From the NCBI GenBank assembly GCA_964643685.1, contig CAZXTN010000009.1, positions 1-21,666 on the forward strand: a stretch of 21,666 nt of DNA, given 5' to 3'. Position 1 is the stretch's first letter, and every line of letters starts with the position of its first letter. Positions 1 through 6,974 of this stretch are shown piece after piece. A program made the translations under genes and the position numbers. Source of the DNA: Candidatus Micrarchaeota archaeon. GTDB lineage: Archaea; B1Sed10-29; JAJRYS01. Below the pieces are notes generated by a model, which saw only the letters and a list, made by a program, of their open reading frames with translations, was not told the origin of the DNA and did no database searches.

Positions 1-205
1 ACATTGCATTCAACGCGAGTTGAATGTCTTCGGTTATGATTGTTTTTCGTCCAGCATGATGAGCCAGTAAATTTGCTTTTTTGGCTATTTCAACTGCTTT
101 TTGTTCTAGTATTTTAGTCATTTCAATTGCAGCTTCTTCGCTTACTCTTTTTGCTCCTGCTTTTCTAATTAGCCTGTCTACAGGTGCTATTGGCAAATCA
201 GTCAT
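1..205 (-). CDS. Archaeal histone (HMf/HTk family), 68 aa; stop codon probably straddles the window edge
   Basis: Manual translation from ATG at 205: MTDLPIAPVDRLIRKAGAKRVSEEAAIEMTKILEQKAVEIAKKANLLAHHAGRKTIITEDIQLALNAM. Contains the LPIAPV.R, GA.RVS and HAGRKTI..EDI.LA histone-fold motifs. GGAGG RBS upstream. Not in the ORF track. Confidence 0.96.
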   Translation of the reverse strand, partial: MTDLPIAPVDRLIRKAGAKRVSEEAAIEMTKILEQKAVEIAKKANLLAHHAGRKTIITEDIQLALNAM

Positions 206-284
206 TGATACCAACCTCCGCACGGTTATTTTAATTTAACTGATTTTACCAGAATTCGTCACATTAAATAATTCTAAACAACTT

Positions 285-300
285 AGTATAAAACCTTTTC
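285..300 (-). promoter_or_regulatory. Putative BRE/TATA promoter of the histone gene
   Basis: Minus strand reads GAAAAGG-TTTTATACT (purine-rich BRE followed by a TATA box), about 80 nt upstream of the ATG. Confidence 0.55.
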
Positions 301-398
301 CTGCAAAAACCTTGCAAAACCCTTGTTTTTTTAAATAAAACCCTGAGAAACCTTTAATTACTTAAAAAAGCTTAAATAAAGCAGTGTAAAAAGTTAAA

Positions 399-2621
399 GT
401 GGATTATTTTAAAATGGCTTCATTCGTAAATCTTCCCCTTCTTCGGAAGGATGTGATTGAAAAGCGAGAGTATCAAGAGGAATTAGTTGACTCTTTTTTC
501 AGCAAAGGCAATACTTTAATAGTTGCTCCAACTGCTCTTGGAAAAACAGTAATAGCAGCTCAAGTAATTGCAAGATTACTAGATGAAAAAAAAGGCAAAG
601 TGCTGTTTTTAGCTCCTACTAAGCCTCTTGTTGTCCAGCATTATGAAAGCCTGAAGAAGTTCCTTAACTTGCCTGACGAGGAATTTGCTGTGATGACAGG
701 GGCAGTTGCGCCTCATAAAAGAAAGCCTTTATGGGACGCTAAGATAATTGCTGCAACTCCGCAGACGATAGAATCAGATATCATAAATGGAGTTGCAAGA
801 TTAAGGGATGTCGAGCTGGTGATTTTTGACGAAGCTCATCATGCAATGCGCGGCTACTCCTATGTATTCATAGCTGAGAAGTACTTGAAGGAAAAAAAAG
901 ACGGCTCCATACTCGGCTTGACTGCTTCTCCTGGAGCTACTCGCGAGAAAATTCAAGCAATTTGTGACAATTTGTTCATTAAAAATATTGAAATCAAGAC
1001 AGACAAAGACGCTGACGTGACTCCTTATGTTTATGAAAAAAAAGTGGAATGGGTTAAAGTCAAGTTTCCGCAGGAGTTTCAGGAAGTTAAAAGCAATTTG
1101 GAAGAAGCAATTGCAGAAACAGTTAAGAAACTGAAGGAATTGGATGTGAGGATAAGCGCAAAGCCGAACAAAAAGCACTTGCTCTTGATACAGCAAAGGC
1201 TGATGAGTTACCATAACAAGAACTTTCAGACTTTCCAGGCAATTTCACTCGTGTCAGTTTTAATCAAATTGAATCACTTATTAGAGTTATTGGAAACGCA
1301 GGATGTAAAACCTGCTGTTGATTACTTGAAAAAAATCAGAAGAGAGAAGACAAAGTCAAGCAAGAAAATTCTAGAAAACCTTAAAGTGCAGAAGGCAATG
1401 GTTTTAATGGACTTGCTTAGGGAGAAAAACAAGCACCACCCCAAGCTGGACAAATTAGTTGAAATAATGAAACAAGAAAAAGACAAGAACGAGAGGATTA
1501 TTGTTTTTTCGCATTACAGGGACATGGCTGAGACAATCAGAAAAACCCTTGAAAAAGAAGGCATTACTGCAAAAAAGTTTATCGGGCAAGCTGCAAAAGG
1601 GCTTGAGAAAGGATTGACTCAGAAAAAGCAAATTGAAATTTTAAATGACTTTAAGGAATCCAAGTTCAAGACTCTTGTCTGCACTTCTGTTGGAGAAGAA
1701 GGATTAGATATTCCTAATGTTGACTTGATTATTTACTACGAGCCAGTGTCTTCTGAAATTAGAAACATTCAAAGAAGAGGTAGAACAGGAAGAAAAAAAC
1801 AAGGAAGAATCATTGTTTTGATGACTGAAAACACGCGCGACGAAGCTTATTACTGGATAAGCAGAAGCAAAGAAAAGAAAATGAAAGAACTGCTGAAAGA
1901 ACAAGACAAAGTGCTGAAGTCAAAGCCAGAGAAGCAAGTTACCCTCGGCTCTTTCATTGAAGAAAAGTCAGAGCAGGAGAAACTGTTGATTTTCGTGGAT
2001 CATAGGGAAAGAAGCTCAGGCTTGATCAGGGAACTAGTGAAAAAAGAAGGAATAGTCATAAAGTCGAAGCAGCTGGAAGTAGCTGATTACTTATTATCAG
2101 ACAGGGTGGCTGTTGAAAGAAAAAGCGGAAACGACTTCATACAATCAATAATAGATGGGAGGCTGTTCAAGCAAGCTAAGGAATTGAAGCAGAATTTTGC
2201 AAAGCCATTGTTTGTAATTGAAGGAGAAGTATTTGGCATCAGGAAAGTAAGCGACGCTGCAATCAGAGGAGCTCTTGCTTCTCTTTTAATTGACTTCGGA
2301 ATTCCAGTGATTCAAACCAAAAACCAAGAAGAAACAATTGAATTCCTATTGACTTTAGCTAGAAAAGAGCAGTTTGAAGAAAAAAGAGAAGTTGCATTAA
2401 GAGGAGAAAAAAAAGCAATGAACTTCGAAGAACAGCAGAGGTTCATAGTAGAGTCATTGCCTGGCATCGGGCCTTCAATGGCAAAGTCCCTGCTGAAGCA
2501 TTTTAAGTCAGTTGAAAAAGTATTCACTGCCTCCAAGCAGGAATTAAAAGAAGTTGAAGGAATAGGAGACAAAAGAGCAAAAGAAATAAGAGAAGTGGTT
2601 TCAAAAGAATATGAGGAATGA
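399..2621 (+). CDS. hef: Hef/FANCM-like DEAH helicase fused to an ERCC4 (XPF) nuclease and HhH domain
   Basis: Walker A APTALGKT, FLAPTKPLV, DEAHH, LGLTASPG, TSVGEEGLDIP, QRRGRTGR; ERCC4 VDHRE and VERKSGNDF; C-terminal HhH SLPGIG and VEGIG. Start is GTG 399 or ATG 414. Confidence 0.95.
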   Translation: MDYFKMASFVNLPLLRKDVIEKREYQEELVDSFFSKGNTLIVAPTALGKTVIAAQVIARLLDEKKGKVLFLAPTKPLVVQHYESLKKFLNLPDEEFAVMTGAVAPHKRKPLWDAKIIAATPQTIESDIINGVARLRDVELVIFDEAHHAMRGYSYVFIAEKYLKEKKDGSILGLTASPGATREKIQAICDNLFIKNIEIKTDKDADVTPYVYEKKVEWVKVKFPQEFQEVKSNLEEAIAETVKKLKELDVRISAKPNKKHLLLIQQRLMSYHNKNFQTFQAISLVSVLIKLNHLLELLETQDVKPAVDYLKKIRREKTKSSKKILENLKVQKAMVLMDLLREKNKHHPKLDKLVEIMKQEKDKNERIIVFSHYRDMAETIRKTLEKEGITAKKFIGQAAKGLEKGLTQKKQIEILNDFKESKFKTLVCTSVGEEGLDIPNVDLIIYYEPVSSEIRNIQRRGRTGRKKQGRIIVLMTENTRDEAYYWISRSKEKKMKELLKEQDKVLKSKPEKQVTLGSFIEEKSEQEKLLIFVDHRERSSGLIRELVKKEGIVIKSKQLEVADYLLSDRVAVERKSGNDFIQSIIDGRLFKQAKELKQNFAKPLFVIEGEVFGIRKVSDAAIRGALASLLIDFGIPVIQTKNQEETIEFLLTLARKEQFEEKREVALRGEKKAMNFEEQQRFIVESLPGIGPSMAKSLLKHFKSVEKVFTASKQELKEVEGIGDKRAKEIREVVSKEYEE

Positions 2622-3132
2622 GGATGAAATGGCAAGAAGGAAAAAAACAGTAAGAGGAAACTTAGAGGAAATGAAAAGAAAATTTGAAGAAAAAGCGCTT
2701 GAAACAAAAGCAATAAGAGAAAGCATTGAAGAAAAAATAAAAAAAGAAGGGCTGAACCCTCCTGAAGAAAAATACTTAGTTAAGTTAGGTGAAGAGATAA
2801 CAAGGAGCATGCAAACAAACCCGCAGAAAGCAAAAGAACTTGAAGAACTTTTCAACAAAGTAGTTGAGATAAGAAAGCAGGCGAAAGCAAAGCAAAACAG
2901 GTTAGAACTGAAAGAGCCTCAGCAAATAGCTGAAGAAACATTAAAAGAACTTGAAAGAATTGAAAATGATTTTCAAATAAACTTGGTTAAGAACAAAGTG
3001 CCTGTAAAGCAAGCTGAAAAACTTGCCTTGTTTCTGCTGAAAAAGCAAAGCGCTTTGACAAAACAAGAGCAGGAGAAATGGAACAAGGAAGCAATGAAAG
3101 AGCTTGCAAAAATGATGCGGGAAAAAGCTTGA
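2611..3132 (+). CDS. Hypothetical Lys/Glu-rich helical protein
   Basis: 173-aa ORF overlapping the hef stop, with host-like codon usage. Likely start is ATG 2629 (MARRKK) after GAGGA. Confidence 0.7.
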   Translation: MRNEDEMARRKKTVRGNLEEMKRKFEEKALETKAIRESIEEKIKKEGLNPPEEKYLVKLGEEITRSMQTNPQKAKELEELFNKVVEIRKQAKAKQNRLELKEPQQIAEETLKELERIENDFQINLVKNKVPVKQAEKLALFLLKKQSALTKQEQEKWNKEAMKELAKMMREKA

Positions 3133-3141
3133 AAAAAGAAG

Positions 3142-3249
3142 TGGACTCGCCGCGATTTTCAAAGCAAACGCAACTTGTTGCGTTGATGTTTTTGAACGCG
3201 GGACATCCTGCATGCGAAGCAGGTATTCTACCAACTGAATTACGAGCCC
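3142..3249 (-). tRNA. tRNA-Ala(CGC) with a 35-nt intron in the T-loop (59/60); CCA not encoded
   Basis: Acceptor GGGCTCG/CGAGTCC with G3:U70, D-arm ATTC/GAAT, anticodon arm CCTGC-TT-CGC-AT-GCAGG, T-stem CCGCG/CGCGG. Removing 3156-3190 restores the T-loop TTCAAAT and gives 73 nt. Confidence 0.95.
3156..3190 (-). other. Non-canonical tRNA-Ala intron (59/60) with a relaxed BHB motif
   Basis: Central helix TTCA/TGAA, bulges AA|A and AA|T, internal palindrome AACGCAAC-AA-GTTGCGTT. Confidence 0.9.
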
Positions 3250-3254
3250 TTTCT

Positions 3255-3668
3255 TCAGTAAATTTTTCTCATTTTCTTAATGTGCTTCCTGAGGTTTAAG
3301 AACAAACCAGGAGCCCTTTGTTCATATTCTTTGATTATTTTTCTTATCTGCTCTGCTTGCTTCTGGTTTTCTTTTTTAATTTCTTTTTTGTTGTTAAGCA
3401 CTGCGTTTCTCACGTTTTTCACTATTTGCTCAGAGTAAAAACCAGCTTCATACAGCATTGTTTTCAGCTCGTCTGCTTCAAAGTTCACTGAAAGGATCAG
3501 TTTTCTGTCTTCATGCAGAAGAGAAGGGCTTGATTCAAGGTAATCTTCTATCAAGTCATTTAATTTTTTTAAGTTATCTTCAAGCTCCTGCAAGTAAGTA
3601 GGAGAATAGTTATACAGCTCGTTTATTTTTTTCTCTATTTTTTCATCAACGTTTAAAGACTCTGCCAT
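3255..3668 (-). CDS. Hypothetical helical protein, paralog of 3700-4116
   Basis: 137-aa ORF with a GGAG RBS. Aligns by eye with the upstream neighbour. Confidence 0.75.
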   Translation of the reverse strand: MAESLNVDEKIEKKINELYNYSPTYLQELEDNLKKLNDLIEDYLESSPSLLHEDRKLILSVNFEADELKTMLYEAGFYSEQIVKNVRNAVLNNKKEIKKENQKQAEQIRKIIKEYEQRAPGLFLNLRKHIKKMRKIY

Positions 3669-3699
3669 TTTAACAAATCATCTCCTTCTGATTCTTGTT

Positions 3700-4116
3700 T
3701 TAAATTATCGGCTGCTTTTTTTCATAATTTTTCAAACTAGTTATGAATTTTTCAGTGTTTTGTATAAGCTTAGCTATTCTTTTTTTTAGCTTTTTTTTAA
3801 ATTTAAGAATTTTGTTAACTTCTTTCTCTTCAATAACTGCTTTTTCATTAAGCTTTACCTTCTTATATTTTTCAATCAAATCACTTGTAAGCATGTACAA
3901 TTCATTGAATTCAAGAAACAAGTTATCTGCTTCCATTTTAATTCCTGATATTTTTTTACGCATCTGGTCTGGAAAAGCAGCTGAGTTGCTGGAATACTTT
4001 TCAATTATCTCGTTTGTCTGCGTAAGCACGTCATACATTTCATTAAGAGACTCAGGAGTAAACCCGAAATTAGCTAATATTTCTTCATCGAAACTACTTA
4101 TTTTAATTTTTTTCAT
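3700..4116 (-). CDS. Hypothetical helical protein, paralog of 3255-3668
   Basis: 138-aa ORF starting 7 nt after the HIT gene stop. Shares the pattern P..L.E..D.L...N..IE.Y...S......RK.I.....EAD.L. Confidence 0.75.
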   Translation of the reverse strand: MKKIKISSFDEEILANFGFTPESLNEMYDVLTQTNEIIEKYSSNSAAFPDQMRKKISGIKMEADNLFLEFNELYMLTSDLIEKYKKVKLNEKAVIEEKEVNKILKFKKKLKKRIAKLIQNTEKFITSLKNYEKKQPII

Positions 4117-4123
4117 TTCTTCT

Positions 4124-4528
4124 TCAATCCATTTTCAACTGCTTCTTAATAACTTCACTTAATTCAGCTAGTTCCTTCTGCTCTGGTTTTTCTCCAGCAG
4201 GTATTCCAAGATATTCTCCTTGCCTTATTGGATACAGCTTTACATGAACATGAGGCACTTCAAGCCCTTCAATAACCAAAGCAACAACCAGCGGCTTGAA
4301 AGCCTGCTTCATAGCTTCAGCTATTTTCCTGCTTAATTTCATCAAGTCAAGGTAATCTTCTTCCTGCATATCCAAGTAATTTTTCACATGCTTTTTTGGA
4401 ATAACAAGCACCTGTCCTTTCAAGTAAGGAAAGCCGTCCATGAAAACAAGGTGCTTATCATCTTCGTATATCTTAGCTACTTCAATTTCTCCTTTTACCA
4501 TTTTGCAAAAAACACAATCATCAACCAT
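4124..4528 (-). CDS. HIT-family nucleotide hydrolase (HxHxK variant)
   Basis: N-terminal CVFCKMVKGEI, KIYED, FMD.FP..KGQVLVIPKKH, and motif VPHVHVKLYP. GGTGG RBS. Confidence 0.92.
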   Translation of the reverse strand: MVDDCVFCKMVKGEIEVAKIYEDDKHLVFMDGFPYLKGQVLVIPKKHVKNYLDMQEEDYLDLMKLSRKIAEAMKQAFKPLVVALVIEGLEVPHVHVKLYPIRQGEYLGIPAGEKPEQKELAELSEVIKKQLKMD

Positions 4529-4559
4529 TCATAAACCACCTTGAAATAACACAAGAGAC

Positions 4560-4727
4560 TTAATCAACAGAATTTCCCTGCTTGTTAAAAATTGAATCAT
4601 CAGGCTCTTCAATTTCGTCTTCTTCGTCTTCTTCATCTTCTTCTGACATCAAGTCCACAATATCCTCTCTTAAACCCTTAATTTCTTCAAGTATTTGCTT
4701 CAATACATTCAGTTCTTCTTCAGTCAT
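4560..4727 (-). CDS. Small highly acidic protein (55 aa)
   Basis: Manual translation: MTEEELNVLKQILEEIKGLREDIVDLMSEEDEEDEEDEIEEPDDSIFNKQGNSVD. Strong AAGGAGG RBS, co-oriented with neighbours. Below the ORF-track size cutoff. Confidence 0.8.
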   Translation of the reverse strand: MTEEELNVLKQILEEIKGLREDIVDLMSEEDEEDEEDEIEEPDDSIFNKQGNSVD

Positions 4728-4779
4728 TTTTCAATTCCCTCCTTTGATCAATTGCCTGGTTAATTAAAAACAAGTTCAA

Positions 4780-5532
4780 CTATTTAAATTCTTTTTCAAG
4801 CAATTCATCAACTTTTTTCTTAACTAATTCAGCGGCTTTTTCAGAAGAAACTTCTCCCTTGCCATGCCTCTTAATTAATTTATCAACATCAATTTCAATG
4901 ACTTTGACCCCCTTGTTTTCCAAATCCTTAATTAAACTATCAAGAGCCTTATCCATTTTCCTTAAATCCGCAATGTTCTCATGCTTGTCTTTGACACCTT
5001 TCCTTTTTGAAATGTCTTTCATTGCTTCCTCTGGTTTTCTACGCGGGATAACAACGATATCAGGATAAGCAGTTCCAGAAAGAGTTTTAAGCAAAGGATA
5101 CAGCACTTTCGTCCTTTTCTTGTTATTATGAATCTCTTTGAACAACTCCAAGTCAAGACGAGGGTACCTGTCATTAACCATTATGTCCTTGCCTTTCTCT
5201 TCCATGATTTTAATAACAGGAAAAGACAAGTAATAAAAAGTGTTTTTAAGGCTTTCGAAAGCTGTTTTTTCAGAAGGAATTCTTCCAATAGCGTCAAAAA
5301 CCTTGCCTGCCTTGCGAGCAACCTTGCCTGAATTAGAATAGCTTCCAAGCTTCAAATAACCTGCTTTTTCACCATACTCCTTTTCATATTCCCTTGCTAC
5401 TTTTCTTGAAATTGAAGACTTGCCGCTGCTGTCAATGCCTATGAACGCAACACGCAAAGGCCTTTTCCTTGAATTTTTAAATTCCCTGCTTCTGTTCTTT
5501 TCCCTTAATTGCTTCAGCTTCTGCCTGAACAT
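4780..5532 (-). CDS. Divergent thymidylate kinase-like P-loop NMP kinase
   Basis: VAFIGIDSSGKSS P-loop, VNDRY (the DRY motif of dTMP kinases), YPDIVV, PEEAMKDISKR and lid region DKHEN. Basic N-terminal extension. Confidence 0.7.
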   Translation of the reverse strand: MFRQKLKQLREKNRSREFKNSRKRPLRVAFIGIDSSGKSSISRKVAREYEKEYGEKAGYLKLGSYSNSGKVARKAGKVFDAIGRIPSEKTAFESLKNTFYYLSFPVIKIMEEKGKDIMVNDRYPRLDLELFKEIHNNKKRTKVLYPLLKTLSGTAYPDIVVIPRRKPEEAMKDISKRKGVKDKHENIADLRKMDKALDSLIKDLENKGVKVIEIDVDKLIKRHGKGEVSSEKAAELVKKKVDELLEKEFK

Positions 5533-5597
5533 CAAATAAAATTAAGGATTTTCAGCAATAAAAAACAAGAAGAAAAAAAGAAGGAATAAAAAGAATT

Positions 5598-5750
5598 CTA
5601 TTCTTCTTCTGCGAATTTTTTAATTTCTTCAAAATTTTCCACTATCAGCCTTGCTTTGTTTTTTCCAAAACTGAATGGAAACTTGTCTTCTTCATTCCTT
5701 TTCAATCTTATTATTTTATTTCCTTTAAATTCACCGAATTCAACTGTCAT
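5598..5750 (-). CDS. Small protein (50 aa), possible minimal PC4-like fold
   Basis: Manual translation: MTVEFGEFKGNKIIRLKRNEEDKFPFSFGKNKARLIVENFEEIKKFAEEE. GAGG RBS and a downstream U-tract. Not in the ORF track. Confidence 0.8.
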   Translation of the reverse strand: MTVEFGEFKGNKIIRLKRNEEDKFPFSFGKNKARLIVENFEEIKKFAEEE

Positions 5751-5797
5751 TTTATTTCCTCAACTCCAATTCTAATTTTTTTTCTAACGCGGTCTAC

Positions 5798-5929
5798 TTT
5801 TTCTGAATGCAGGGGATCCTCACCGAAACGCGAGGGGCTTGCTGCCCCTCTCATTTCTAGGGAGTTTCTGATCTTCCCGCAGACCACATGCGCTTCGCTT
5901 AGTGACCTGGTTTTTCTGAATGCAGGGGA
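5798..5929. repeat. 19-bp direct repeat duplicating the tRNA-Leu 3' end and flanking a 94-bp hairpin-rich insert
   Basis: TTTTTCTGAATGCAGGGGA at 5798-5816 and 5911-5929. AGGGAGTTTC also recurs at 5859-5868 and 5930-5939. Confidence 0.92.
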
Positions 5930-5934
5930 AGGGA

Positions 5935-6045
5935 GTTTCGTCAGCTGTCCCCAACTGAAAGCGGACTATTTTTCTTTTTTAAAAAGAAAACCAGACGACT
6001 GAACGAAGTGAACGTCGTCTCAGCCCGCCAGCCGGATACGGCTGT
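5935..6045 (-). other. Long, highly structured T-loop intron (59/60) with a BHL-type splice motif
   Basis: Central helix TTCG/CGAA, bulge AC|T, 5' site AA|A opposite a single A. Contains four hairpins and an 8-bp enclosing stem. Confidence 0.88.
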
Positions 6046-6077
6046 TTCGAACCCTCGAACACACTGAGTGAATGGAT

Positions 6078-6109
6078 AACCCATCACCAGCTTTTGTTTA
6101 GATGGAGAT
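6078..6109 (-). other. Canonical tRNA-Leu intron (37/38) with a BHB motif
   Basis: Central helix CTCA/TGGG, bulges AG|A and TT|A, inner helix TC/GA. Confidence 0.92.
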
Positions 6110-6162
6110 CTTGAGTCCATCGCCGTTGACCGCTTGGCTACCCCTGCATTGTTGTGTGTTTT

Positions 6163-6185
6163 TTTATATATGCACTTCTTTTAAA
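6163..6185. promoter_or_regulatory. Overlapping divergent TATA boxes (endonuclease IV on +, probably leaderless; tRNA-Leu on -)
   Basis: TTTATATA at 6163-6170 lies 22-29 nt before ATG 6192. Minus-strand TTTAAAAG at 6185-6178 lies upstream of tRNA G1. Confidence 0.5.
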
Positions 6186-6191
6186 ATCATT

Positions 6192-6974
6192 ATGGTTGAA
6201 CTTTTGCTAAGCGGCTTGCATGGGATAGCTCCAAGTTTGCTTGAAGGACTTGAAGTGATTAAAAAAAGAGGATGGGGCTTGGAAGTTGAATTTACACACG
6301 GCATCAACATTAAAAAAGAATTAGCTGAAAAAATAGGAGAAAAGTCAGAAATACCTTTGACTGTGCATGCTCCTTATTTCATCAACTTGAATTCCCCTGA
6401 AGCTCAGAAGGTAAAGGCAAGCAAAGCAAGAATTTTAAAAACATTAGAGTACGCTGATCTAATGAAAGCAAGAGATGTTGTAATTCACGCTGGTTTTTAC
6501 ATGAAAAAAAATCCAAAAGAAGTTTATAATAAAATGAAAAAAGAATTGAATGAAATACAAGATAAGATTAAAGAAAAGAACTGGAAGGTTAGATTAAGCC
6601 CTGAGACAATGGGCAAGAAAACGCAGTTCGGAACCCTTGAAGAACTGCTGAATTTAATGAATGACGTGCCTGGCTTGGGCATGACAGTTGATTTCACGCA
6701 TTTATGGGCAGTAAGCCAAGGAAAAACAAAGCCAAGCGAAGTGCTTGAGAAGATTGAACAACAGGACAAAAGTTTTTTGAAAAGGTTTCATGGTCATTTT
6801 TCAGGCATTGTTTACGGCGAGAAAGGAGAAAAATACCATGTTGATTTGAGGGAAAGCGACTTTCCTTATGAAAACTTGGCTCAGGCCCTTAAGGATTTCA
6901 AAGTAAAAGGCACCTTAACATGCGAATCGCCTGACGCTATCTCTGACATTGAATTTTTTGAAAAATTACTTTAA
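6192..6974 (+). CDS. nfo: Archaeal-type endonuclease IV (AP endonuclease 2, TIM barrel)
   Basis: VHAPYFINLNS, VIHAGFY, PETMGKKTQFGTLEE, DFTHL, HGHFSG, CESP. Start moved to ATG 6192 because the track's first 30 aa partly overlap tRNA-Leu. Confidence 0.92.
   Translation: MVELLLSGLHGIAPSLLEGLEVIKKRGWGLEVEFTHGINIKKELAEKIGEKSEIPLTVHAPYFINLNSPEAQKVKASKARILKTLEYADLMKARDVVIHAGFYMKKNPKEVYNKMKKELNEIQDKIKEKNWKVRLSPETMGKKTQFGTLEELLNLMNDVPGLGMTVDFTHLWAVSQGKTKPSEVLEKIEQQDKSFLKRFHGHFSGIVYGEKGEKYHVDLRESDFPYENLAQALKDFKVKGTLTCESPDAISDIEFFEKLL

Larger units (their letters stand above)
5921..6147 (-). tRNA. tRNA-Leu(CAA) with two introns (canonical 37/38, 32 nt; T-loop 59/60, 111 nt); CCA not encoded
   Basis: Acceptor GCAGGGG/CCCCTGC, discriminator A, D-arm GCC..GGC, anticodon arm ATGGA-CT-CAA-GA-TCCAT, long variable arm, T-stem GAGGG/CCCTT. 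The T-loop TTCGAAT is restored after removing 5935-6045. Confidence 0.93.

Noticed and set aside
2941-3299. ORFs 2941-3234 (-) and 3078-3299 (+)
   Set aside because: They overlap tRNA-Ala and real CDSs; shadow ORFs.
5798-5929. CRISPR array or prophage
   Set aside because: Only two 19-bp repeats, derived from the tRNA 3' end; no cas or integrase gene in the window.
5935-6045. Intron-encoded C/D box guide RNA
   Set aside because: CTGA occurs, but there is no RTGATGA box C.
6102-6191. N-terminal 30 aa of the endonuclease IV ORF
   Set aside because: Overlaps tRNA-Leu and the promoter region; ATG 6192 fits better.
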